A model generated the notes under the pieces. That model saw only the letters and a list, made by a program, of their open reading frames with translations, searched no databases and was not told the origin of the DNA. Position numbers and translations under genes: made by a program. A DNA stretch of 32,000 nucleotides from Aliivibrio fischeri ES114 (GTDB lineage Bacteria > Pseudomonadota > Gammaproteobacteria > Enterobacterales > Vibrionaceae): the NCBI RefSeq assembly GCF_000011805.1, contig NC_006841.2; one strand, 5' to 3'. Each line of letters opens with the position of its first letter. Positions within the stretch are counted from its first letter, which is position 1. Of this stretch, positions 1 through 9,100 are shown piece after piece.

Positions 1-1
1 C

Positions 2-1306
2 TCAATCATTCCGGTTGAAGAAGAGCAAAAACGCTCAGCGCTGTTTGCAACATTAAAACAACGACCAGACCAACCAAGTATTGTATATGTCACGTTACAG
101 CAAACCGCTGAAAACGTCGCTCAATGGCTGCAAAGTAACGGTATTCAAGCTAAGGCTTACCACGCAGGTTTAAAAAATGACGTCCGTGAAACGATTCAGT
201 ATCAATTTATGCACGGTGAAATAAATTGTATCGTAGCTACCATAGCATTTGGTATGGGAGTCGATAAATCGGATATTCGACAGGTCATTCATTTTGATTT
301 ACCTAAATCTATTGAAAACTATTCACAAGAAATTGGCCGTGCAGGGCGTGATGGTTTACCTTCTTTTTGTACTGTGTTAGCCAACACCTCTGGCTTAAAT
401 GTATTAGAGAACTTTGTGTATGGCGATACACCAGACAGAGAAGCAATCCAATATGTGCTAGATGATATTTACCAAGCAAATGAAACGTGGGAAACACAAC
501 TACTACGTTTATCTAAAGACAGCAATGTTCGTCAATTACCCTTAAAAACGCTACTCGTTTATTTAGAATTGAAAAAAATCATTCAAGCTAAATACAGCTA
601 CTATGCCGATTATCGTTTTAAAACTCTTATTCCAGTAAACGATATTATTGCTAAGTTTCAAACGGAACGTCAGCAATTCGTATCAACTATTTTTCAGTGT
701 TCACCAAAAGCAAAAACCTGGCACACAGTCGATTTTGATGCTTTATGGATGGGATTCCGAGGTGAACGAAAACGTGTAATCGCTGCATTAGATTATTTTA
801 ATGAACAAGGTTGGATAGAGCTTGAAAGTAAGCAAATGACTGAGGTTTATCAGGTTTTAAACAAAGTTGAAAGTACGCATGTTCTCTCTCAAGAGCAGCA
901 TCAACTATTCAAAAATAAAGAACAGAGTGAAATAAATCGAATTCACGCCATGTTGGATTTTTTTGAAACCAAAAGCTGTTTAAGCCATGCCCTTGCTCAT
1001 TACTTTGCTGATTTTAATGCGCCAGAACAATGTGGTCACTGCTCTGCTTGTCGATCTGAAGCTGCCGTTTTACCTCGCAGTTCATCTCACTTTATTGCTG
1101 ATGATGAAAATGTAAAAGCATGGTGTCAAGAACTTCAAAACAGCAGCAAAGAGCCATTAGCAAATGCCGTTTTTGCACGTTTTTTATGTGGTATACCAAC
1201 CCCATTAACCAGCAAAATTAGAGCAAATAAAATGCAAGGATTTGGGAAGTTTGAATCTCAGCCTTTTTTTGAAGTACTTGAATTAGTCGGAAAATTGAAC
1301 GGATAA
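2..1306 (+). CDS. RecQ-family ATP-dependent DNA helicase, 5'-truncated by the window edge
   Basis: The frame stays open from base 2, upstream of the supplied ORF at 209. Translation contains helicase C motifs AFGMGVDKSDIRQVIHFDLPKSIENYSQEIGRAGRDG and a C-terminal Cys cluster CLSHALAHYFAD..CGHCSAC typical of the RecQ zinc-binding domain. Confidence 0.88.
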   Translation, partial: SIIPVEEEQKRSALFATLKQRPDQPSIVYVTLQQTAENVAQWLQSNGIQAKAYHAGLKNDVRETIQYQFMHGEINCIVATIAFGMGVDKSDIRQVIHFDLPKSIENYSQEIGRAGRDGLPSFCTVLANTSGLNVLENFVYGDTPDREAIQYVLDDIYQANETWETQLLRLSKDSNVRQLPLKTLLVYLELKKIIQAKYSYYADYRFKTLIPVNDIIAKFQTERQQFVSTIFQCSPKAKTWHTVDFDALWMGFRGERKRVIAALDYFNEQGWIELESKQMTEVYQVLNKVESTHVLSQEQHQLFKNKEQSEINRIHAMLDFFETKSCLSHALAHYFADFNAPEQCGHCSACRSEAAVLPRSSSHFIADDENVKAWCQELQNSSKEPLANAVFARFLCGIPTPLTSKIRANKMQGFGKFESQPFFEVLELVGKLNG

Positions 1307-1388
1307 TTTATAAAGTGTGAGCGTGTTTACATTTCATCAACACCATGTGAACCCCATACGCTATAAATGATAATATCATCCTATACTA

Positions 1389-3056
1389 ATGAAAATTCAT
1401 TACTTGGGAAAAAGGATGATTGAAAAGTTTTTAGCGTTTTCAGAAAAAAAATCTGCTGTACATTTTGTGATCCCAGAAGATGCATCACTCACCTCTCCTA
1501 TTGCTTGCTCAGACATAGATAATGCATTGAGTGCAATGGGAATCGGCCATTATTATCAATATCAAAGTAGTATTAATGAAATCATTGCTGCAATTAACAA
1601 TGGCGATATTACCTCATTTAATAATGTCATGATTGCTCAGTGCTTGGATGCTCAACTCGTCGTTCATATGCAAGATGATGAAATGAAAGCATCAATGACA
1701 GTGACTGGAGCTTATGGCGGTCATCCTGTTCGTGGTCCTGAAATCATTCAAGCATTAACAGAAAATGGCATCACTAAAGGCGTGAAAAAGGAGGCTTTAA
1801 AAGTTCTCTTGCTCAAAGGAAAAGATCTTGCTCCGGGAGAAACCTACTCAGATGTTATTGCTGTTGGTCGTGAAGCCGTCGAAGGACAAGATACACAGTT
1901 TGAAGCCTTAGTACCCAATATTCATGAACGTGTACTCCAGCCACAAGAAACCGATGATGGCCATGTGGATATGCGTGATTTAGGTAATGTCATTAGCGTG
2001 AAACAAAATACGCCACTAATGAGGCGAATTCCAGCAACACAAGGTACTAGTGGCAAAACCATTACAGGAAAAATCATTACAGCAACACCGGGAACGGATA
2101 CCCCTTTCCAAGTTTATCCCGGCTCATCTATTTCTCCTACCGATCCAAACTTACTTATCGCTGATATTGATGGTACCCCATTAATCAATAAATCTGGCGT
2201 TGGTATTGATAACTTACTGACATTAAAAACCGTTAACGCTACATCTGGTCATGTCTCTTTTGAAGGCAGTATTTTCATTCAACAGGATATTGAATCAGGA
2301 ATGAAAGTTACCGCGACAGGGAGCATTACTGTTGGTGGTTTTATCGAAAATGCGGAAGTCACAGCAAAACACGATATCACTGTCATGCACGGTATTATTG
2401 GTCGCCCAGTACAGGATGGAGAGCCTTTGACTTGCATCGTAAGCTCAGAAGGTACTATTACATCAAAATTGGCTCAAAATGCCCATTTAATGGCTCATAA
2501 GGACGTTCATATTACGCTCCATGCTAATCACTGTTTGATTGAATCTTTAGGCTCTATTTTTGTTATTGATAAAGCAGAAAGAAACGGAACCATCAGCGGT
2601 GGTAACTTAATCGCAAATGGTGCAATTAAAACCGCTAACCTTGGTATAGAGGGGGGCGCATATACCAAAGTTCAAGCTTTCCATGATTTTGAAACTCAAA
2701 AAGAAGGCCTCCATTTACTTCAAAAGCAGATAAATGAAGTTAAAACCCAACTGATTAAAATCTCAAATATTCAAATGGAACAGCAGCCAAGTGAATTGGC
2801 TGAAAAAATCTTACGTTCAAAAGAAAAATCAGAGCAAGATTTACAAGTTTTAGGTTCAAAACTTCAGCGAGAACAAATCACGTTTAATAATGGTTTAAAA
2901 GACAACACCGTTTTTGTCACCAACAAGATTTTCCCGCGAGTGGATGTTCAGTTTAATACACACCACTTAGTTACAAAGAGAGAATATAGCCCAAGTAAGA
3001 TCTCTTATTCTGGCTATGAAATCGATGTCGAACCTATCATGATAAAAAAGAAATAA
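1389..3056 (+). CDS. FapA-domain (DUF342) protein
   Basis: 555 aa; AYGGHPVRGPEIIQALTENGITKGVKKEAL and beta-helix-like SVKQNTPLMRRIPATQGTSGKTITG...FIENAEVTAKHDITVMHGIIGR pattern characteristic of FapA/DUF342 proteins. Confidence 0.82.
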   Translation: MKIHYLGKRMIEKFLAFSEKKSAVHFVIPEDASLTSPIACSDIDNALSAMGIGHYYQYQSSINEIIAAINNGDITSFNNVMIAQCLDAQLVVHMQDDEMKASMTVTGAYGGHPVRGPEIIQALTENGITKGVKKEALKVLLLKGKDLAPGETYSDVIAVGREAVEGQDTQFEALVPNIHERVLQPQETDDGHVDMRDLGNVISVKQNTPLMRRIPATQGTSGKTITGKIITATPGTDTPFQVYPGSSISPTDPNLLIADIDGTPLINKSGVGIDNLLTLKTVNATSGHVSFEGSIFIQQDIESGMKVTATGSITVGGFIENAEVTAKHDITVMHGIIGRPVQDGEPLTCIVSSEGTITSKLAQNAHLMAHKDVHITLHANHCLIESLGSIFVIDKAERNGTISGGNLIANGAIKTANLGIEGGAYTKVQAFHDFETQKEGLHLLQKQINEVKTQLIKISNIQMEQQPSELAEKILRSKEKSEQDLQVLGSKLQREQITFNNGLKDNTVFVTNKIFPRVDVQFNTHHLVTKREYSPSKISYSGYEIDVEPIMIKKK

Positions 3057-3075
3057 TCCTCTTTCCTTCAGATAA

Positions 3076-3112
3076 AAAAATAGCATTGGCAATAACGCTC
3101 AATGCTATTTTT
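3076..3112. terminator. Bidirectional intrinsic terminator between convergent fapA-like and punC-like genes
   Basis: AAAAATAGCATTG (3076-3088) pairs with CAATGCTATTTTT (3100-3112); A/T tracts on both sides. Confidence 0.85.
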
Positions 3113-3133
3113 ATTCACCAATATATTAACTGG

Positions 3134-4339
3134 TTATTGAGTTGCTAATGCCGCTCTTTCTTCTTTATTTACTTTAAATACCATTACAGCACCAATAAAT
3201 AAGAACACAAGTTGCAATAACATGATGCTACCCATAGAGATTGCACCTAGGTAACTAATGCTTGAAACCATTGCACTTGCTGCTACACAGAAAAGCATTT
3301 GTAAGAAGTTTAGTAGACCAGAAGCTACGGCACTCCCCTCTTTAAAATCAACCAATGCGTTATTTACTACGATTGGGTAAATTGCACCATTTGCTGCTGC
3401 TAAAAAGCAAAACGGAATTAGCATTGGGATAATAGAAGATACATCCATTCTCCACGACACTAAGAATACAGTAGCCACGCTTGCAATCGACAGTTTTAAA
3501 ATCCATGGAAGAACTTGTTGAGCATCAAAACGCTCTAGTGCCCAACGGCAACCGTAACCACCAACGATAAATGCAATAGTTTGTGGAACATAACTTAAAC
3601 CGATATCAGCACCTGAGTAGCCCATTTGCGTCATTACAAACGGTGAACCCGTTAACCATGCAAAGAAGATCGCTGAACTTGCTGCATAAATTAGCATGTT
3701 ACCTGTGAATTTTTTTGACTTAATAACATCACGGAATGTAATGCTTTTCTCAGAAGTCATTTTTTCTTGTTTTGGTTCTTTGTCTACAAAAGTACGTAGT
3801 GCTAGACCAACACCAATCACAGTTAGTGTTACGAAAATCATTGACCAACCGTAGAACTTTTCAATTGCTGCACCCAATAATGGAGCTAAGGCAGGAGAAA
3901 GAGCAACAAGAGGCATGATAGTAGCAAAAACACGTTGTGATGTTTTTGCATCATAACGCTGAATCACCATTGCTTGCCAAATAACGTTTGCACTACACGC
4001 ACCTAACGCTTGGAAAAAGCGAGCGACTAGTAACATTTCTACACTGGTTGAAAATGAAGCAGCCAAACTACTGATTGCAAAAATGCTTAAACCAACGATT
4101 AATGATTTTTTTGTACCTAATTTTTGAGTTAGTCTACCGTAAAAAAGTTGACCAATTGCCATACCTAACAAGAAAATACTTAGGGTTAAACCAATCATGT
4201 TTTCAGTAGTACCTAGATCACCACGGATGATATCGAATGCAGGTAGATACATATCAGTTGCTAAGAAACCCAGCATACTTAGGCCAGCAAGCCAAATATA
4301 AGGAATCGATTGTTTTTTATTGTCCATGTTCTTCTCCAA
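3134..4339 (-). CDS. punC: MFS drug-resistance/purine nucleoside exporter family (Bcr/CflA type), PunC-like
   Basis: 401 aa multi-TM protein; YIWLAGLSMLGFLATDMYLPAF and IFFAWLTGSPFVMTQMGYSGADIGLSYVPQTIAFIVGGYGCR closely resemble recalled E. coli PunC/YdhC; divergent from a PunR-like LysR gene as in E. coli. Confidence 0.8.
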   Translation of the reverse strand: MEKNMDNKKQSIPYIWLAGLSMLGFLATDMYLPAFDIIRGDLGTTENMIGLTLSIFLLGMAIGQLFYGRLTQKLGTKKSLIVGLSIFAISSLAASFSTSVEMLLVARFFQALGACSANVIWQAMVIQRYDAKTSQRVFATIMPLVALSPALAPLLGAAIEKFYGWSMIFVTLTVIGVGLALRTFVDKEPKQEKMTSEKSITFRDVIKSKKFTGNMLIYAASSAIFFAWLTGSPFVMTQMGYSGADIGLSYVPQTIAFIVGGYGCRWALERFDAQQVLPWILKLSIASVATVFLVSWRMDVSSIIPMLIPFCFLAAANGAIYPIVVNNALVDFKEGSAVASGLLNFLQMLFCVAASAMVSSISYLGAISMGSIMLLQLVFLFIGAVMVFKVNKEERAALATQ

Positions 4340-4411
4340 AGCTGAACATTTTTTAAATTCGTTGCATTCTATGTGCTAGTTGCTACTCTTGTGAAACGAT
4401 ATAATTTGCAC

Positions 4412-4436
4412 TTTGCATCAAATTATTTGATGCGAA
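4412..4436. promoter_or_regulatory. Near-perfect inverted repeat in the punC/punR-like divergent intergenic region, candidate LysR-family operator
   Basis: TTTGCATCAAAT-T-ATTTGATGCGAA: 12-bp arms with one mismatch and a 1-bp spacer. Confidence 0.55.
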
Positions 4437-4457
4437 TAAATAACCATCAGGTATTTT

Positions 4458-5366
4458 ATGTTTTCATATCATGAATTAATCACAATCGAGTCCGTTGCAC
4501 GGTTAGGTAGCTTTAGCCAAGCAGCGGATGAATTACACAAAGTGCCGAGTGCGATTAGCTATACGATTAAATCTGTAGAAGATAGATTAACCGTGGTTTT
4601 ATTTACTCGGCTTCATCGACGAGTAGAGCTCACCGCTGCCGGTACTTATTTTGTAGACCAAGCCAGAAAGTTATTAAAAGATATGGAAGAGATACGCTTT
4701 AATACTCAGCGAGTTGCTAATGGCTGGCAACAAAGTGTTTCTGTTGCATTAGATAATGTGGTTCGAGAGAACAGTGTAAATCAACTTGTTCGTGACTTTT
4801 ACGCCACCTTTCCTGATATCGAACTTCAGCTAACGATGGAAGTGTTTAACGGTGTATGGGATGCATTAATGACAGGTAGAGCGGATATTGGTATTGGTGC
4901 AACAGCAACCATTCCTATTGGTGGCGACTTTTCTTATCGCCCTATGGGAGAGTTAGCATGGGATTTTATCGTCAGCATCAACCATCCTCTAGCAAGTTTT
5001 GAACATGACATCCCTAATGAAGAATTAGTTAAATACCCAGCGATTTGCCTTGAGGATACCTCTCAAATCTTACCTAAGCGTTCAACATGGCTATTAGATA
5101 ATCAACGTCGATTAATCGTTCCCAATTGGCACAGCGCCGAACAGTGCTTTATTGACGGCTTAGGAGTTGGGGTTATTCCTAATCACAGAGCTAAACGCTT
5201 ATTAGAGACAGGCCAGGTGATCAGTAAGAAAATTGAACACCATATTGCTCCAAGTCCATGCTGTTTGGCTTGGAACAATAATAATCAATCTGTTGCGATT
5301 CAGTGGTTACTAGACTATTTAGGCGATAGTGACAAACTTAATAGTGAGTGGCTAAAAGAGTTTTAA
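4458..5366 (+). CDS. punR: LysR-family transcriptional regulator, PunR-like
   Basis: 302 aa; N-terminal HTH (SVARLGSFSQAADELHKVPSAISYTIKSVEDRL), C-terminus QWLLDYLGDSDKLNSEWLKEF matches recalled PunR/YdhB family; divergently paired with the punC-like gene. Confidence 0.8.
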   Translation: MFSYHELITIESVARLGSFSQAADELHKVPSAISYTIKSVEDRLTVVLFTRLHRRVELTAAGTYFVDQARKLLKDMEEIRFNTQRVANGWQQSVSVALDNVVRENSVNQLVRDFYATFPDIELQLTMEVFNGVWDALMTGRADIGIGATATIPIGGDFSYRPMGELAWDFIVSINHPLASFEHDIPNEELVKYPAICLEDTSQILPKRSTWLLDNQRRLIVPNWHSAEQCFIDGLGVGVIPNHRAKRLLETGQVISKKIEHHIAPSPCCLAWNNNNQSVAIQWLLDYLGDSDKLNSEWLKEF

Positions 5367-5372
5367 GTCATG

Positions 5373-5406
5373 AAAAAAGCGATGATCATAAGATCATCGC
5401 TTTTTT
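5373..5406. terminator. Bidirectional intrinsic terminator between convergent punR-like and pdxH genes
   Basis: Perfect stem AAAAAAGCGATGATC (5373-5387) / GATCATCGCTTTTTT (5392-5406), loop ATAA. Confidence 0.9.
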
Positions 5407-5436
5407 CAACTTTAATACTAGTGAATAACGACAAGA

Positions 5437-6072
5437 TCATGGCGCTAAACGATCGATCTGCCAATCATTTTGATCTTTACTGTATAAGAATCGGTCATGA
5501 AGTCGATGATCTCCTCCCTGCCAAAACTCTATAGAATCGATCTTAATTCTAAATCCGCCCCAAAACTTAGGAACAGGGATCTCTCCTTTTGCAAACTTTT
5601 GTTTTAACTCTAGGTACTTACCTTCAAGAGCGGCTCTTGCAGTTAAACGACTACTTTGTTTACTTGCCCATGCGGCTATCTGACTTTCTTTGGGTCTTGA
5701 TGTGAAATATTTCATATTCTCAAGAGCCGTTAATTTCTCAGCGGTGCCTGTAATATGAACCTGACGCTCAAGTGGATGCCATGGGAAATGCAGTGATATC
5801 TTACTGTGTTGCTCTAGCTGTTGTGCTTTACGAGAACCTAAGTTGGTATAAAAAACAAAACCTGTCTTATCAAAATGTTTTAATAGCACAATACGTTGAA
5901 ACGGTTGTCCATTCTCATCTACTGTAGCCACCGTCATCGCTGTAGGATCGGTCAATTTGGCTTCCACAGCTTGTTTTAACCATAATTCAAACAATTCTAC
6001 AGGCTCTTGAGGTAAATCGGCTCTTCGTAAACCACCAAGGCTATAATCACGACGAATATCTTCTAATTCCAT
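5437..6072 (-). CDS. pdxH: Pyridoxamine 5'-phosphate oxidase
   Basis: 211 aa; [28 protein letters not shown]..., [29 protein letters not shown]-terminal [22 protein letters not shown], typical PdxH. Confidence 0.96.
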   Translation of the reverse strand: MELEDIRRDYSLGGLRRADLPQEPVELFELWLKQAVEAKLTDPTAMTVATVDENGQPFQRIVLLKHFDKTGFVFYTNLGSRKAQQLEQHSKISLHFPWHPLERQVHITGTAEKLTALENMKYFTSRPKESQIAAWASKQSSRLTARAALEGKYLELKQKFAKGEIPVPKFWGGFRIKIDSIEFWQGGDHRLHDRFLYSKDQNDWQIDRLAP

Positions 6073-6145
6073 GTAAATCTCGACTTCTTTAATTCCAGCT
6101 GACTAAATTGTGCTCTTTTGAAACACGCTAAACAAGAGGTGATAC

Positions 6146-6169
6146 AAAAAAAGGGCCTAATTAGACCCT
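6146..6169 (-). terminator. Probable intrinsic terminator downstream of the giant adhesin gene
   Basis: Minus-strand AGGGTCTAATTAGGCCCTTTTTTT: short stem with one G-U type pair followed by a T tract. Confidence 0.6.
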
Positions 6170-6190
6170 AAATTTCATATTAACAACAAG

Positions 6191-9100
6191 TTAGATCGTG
6201 TCATCTAATTTAAAAAGTTGCTCATCAAGTAGTTTAGTTAGGATCTCAGCTTGATTTGAGAAATTAGCATTATCCAATCCGAACGAGCCAATACCTCCTT
6301 CAACAACAATCGTATGATCTTTACCAGCATCATCTGTAATCGAGAGCGTTAAATCATCACCATCTTCAGAGATAGTTATATGTTCAAGTAAATCATTAAG
6401 ATCATTTTGATGAACATCATCATTTAGTATTTCAGTAATATCAATTAAGTCTTCACCTTTCGTGAAATCTTTAATTGTATCAATTCCTGAATCCGCACCT
6501 TGATCAACCCATTTGAAGATATCATCACCAATACCTCCAACTAAGATATCGTCTCCAAGACCACCAATTAAAATATCGTTGCCTTGATGAGCAAAGATAA
6601 CGTCATCTTCATCACTACCAATAACCAGATCATTATTGGTTGAGCCACTTAATGAATGATTGATCTGTATATTCGTTTCATCAGAAGGACTAACATTAAG
6701 CGTTGCTTGCTGTAAATGCTCAACACCTTCGCCATCAATGACGGTATAGGCAAGTTCATATGTAACCGATTTACCACTATCAATGAGAGTCGGGTTATCG
6801 ATAGGCTGGAATAAGTAACTTCCATCTTTATTAATCAATAAATTACCGTAATCAGTTATAAGCTGAAGCTTCTCTTCATAAAGGTTAATGCCCACACTTT
6901 CTGAAGATACATTTCCATCTTGATCTATAACTTTTAATATATTGATTTTAGATGTCTCAATAACGAGCTCTGAGTTAGCAATTCCAGTTAAAGAACCAGT
7001 AAGTGCTCCTTGCTGCCCAATCGTAGGTTTAAGTTGAGGGAGTACCGTATATAACTCTTTATCTTCGATATAAATAACATTATAACTAATATCAGTTAAC
7101 CCACCTAAATATGGATTATTTGTACCATCATTTATAACGCCTACCGCTTTGACTTCTTTATCTTCAATGAACTCATTCCATTGAACTAAAAGATCTGCAG
7201 GTATTACTTCGTTATTGTGGCCATCACTAATAAAATAAATCACATCATTTGTATTTGATAAATCAACGTCATTCGGAACCTTATCATTCGAATACCCATC
7301 AAGTATCGCATAAATAGCTTCACTATAATCCGTTCCTCCCCCTATATAATAAGGGTCAGAAATCATCTCAATCTCGATAGCATCTTGAAGGTGAGTAATC
7401 GCATCTGCAACAGAATACCAACCTAAAGAAGTAGCAGTATCATTAGTTTCATCACTATGACGATTATCAAAATCGATCAATTGAACTTGCACCGTTCCCG
7501 AATTTGGTTGATTTTGAATATCTTCTAATAGCTTAATAGATGACTCTAAAACTAATTGCATCCTTTCTTTATCATCGACTTCTACATCTCCCATGCTTCC
7601 TGATGAATCAAGAGCAAGAGTAATTAATGTTGTCGGTAATGAACCACCCTGATCAACTAAAATATCTTGTGGTAAGGTTGCTTCAGCATCCCCAGAAGAA
7701 GCATCAGAATTTGATGCTTCAATCGCTGTTGCTGTCGCCTTTAATGTAAAGTCAGATTCAGACTTAGGAACTTGAATACTCAGGTTACTGAAATCAACGG
7801 TCTGATTTCCCGTACCAACTGGAAGAATCCAATTACCCGTAGCCTCATCATAAGTACCAATCGGCTGCTTATTTTCATCTAAAATTACTGCATTTTCACT
7901 TAATCCAGACAACACTAACGATTCCAGTGACTCACTACCATCAAGGTCTGTAACACTTGCCGATAGATCTAATGGGATCTCAACATTTTGTATGATCGTA
8001 TAACTACCATCAGGGTTTAACTCAACGATCGCATCAGAGAATACGAGTCGTTCGATATGATATAATTGGTCTCCATTATCTTCTGGAGCAGTATGATCGT
8101 AGCCTGTATCACGCCCCAATGTATCTGTAACTACCCAGTGATCAACGCCTCCACCATGTGCTCCACCTTGGTTCGTTATTAAATATTCATCGATACTACC
8201 GCTATAAATAACGGCATCAATACCAGAATCAAGAGGACCTGTACCACCATAAATTGAGTCATTTAATCCGCCACCAACAAAAACATCATTACCAGTTCCG
8301 TGGACAGCATCACCAATTAAATTATCACCTAGTGGGGTACCTATGATTAAGTTATTTCCATCATCAGCAACAACCATCGCTGCATTGTAAGTTACATTGC
8401 CAACCCCTGGAATAGTGCCGCCATTTTCAAAATATTCTTTAATCGCTTCAACGTCACTAGTATCAAAATTAGGTGCTGAGTTAGTAATAACAGGTTCGCC
8501 TAAAACTAAAGAAACAGTTGGTTTATCTGCTTGAGCATTAACAATCATTTCAGCAGTTCCCGTTGAGGTTTTATGCCCATCGCTCACCGTAACCGTAAAT
8601 TCAACAGGTGAATTACTATCGGAATGTTTATTTTCAACTGGAGTAAATATGGCCCCAATGACTTCATTACCATTGAAAATAAGTTCTAAAGAACCAAATG
8701 CTGGATCAACGGTAATATTAGTTAGAGTGACATCATCACCATCCAAATCACTTATCAGTAACTCACTTAAGTTTAGTGGAATAGCTACATCTTCATACGT
8801 TTCACTAAATACTGAATTATCAACAATTGGAGCATTATTTGTGGCTTTATCAGTACTATCGGTAGAAATAGTAATCACACCAGTATCTATCGCATCATCG
8901 CTGTCTGTAGCTTGATAGTGAATATCTTCACTTACCATGGCATCAACTACTTCAACACCTTGTAGGGTCAAATTAGAATTTGGTGATGTCGAACCTTCAC
9001 CATGAATGGTATAAACTCTAATTTGGTCAAAACCGCTATCAAGCTGAATATTGGCGGTAAACTCGCCACTACCATCATAAATACCGTTACTTTCATCATC

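Noticed and set aside
209-1306. Supplied RecQ ORF start at 209 as the true start
   Set aside because: The same frame is open from base 2 with RecQ-like sequence (IIPVEEEQKRSALFATLKQRPDQPSIVYVTLQQTAENVAQWL), so Met at 209 is internal and the gene is truncated by the window.
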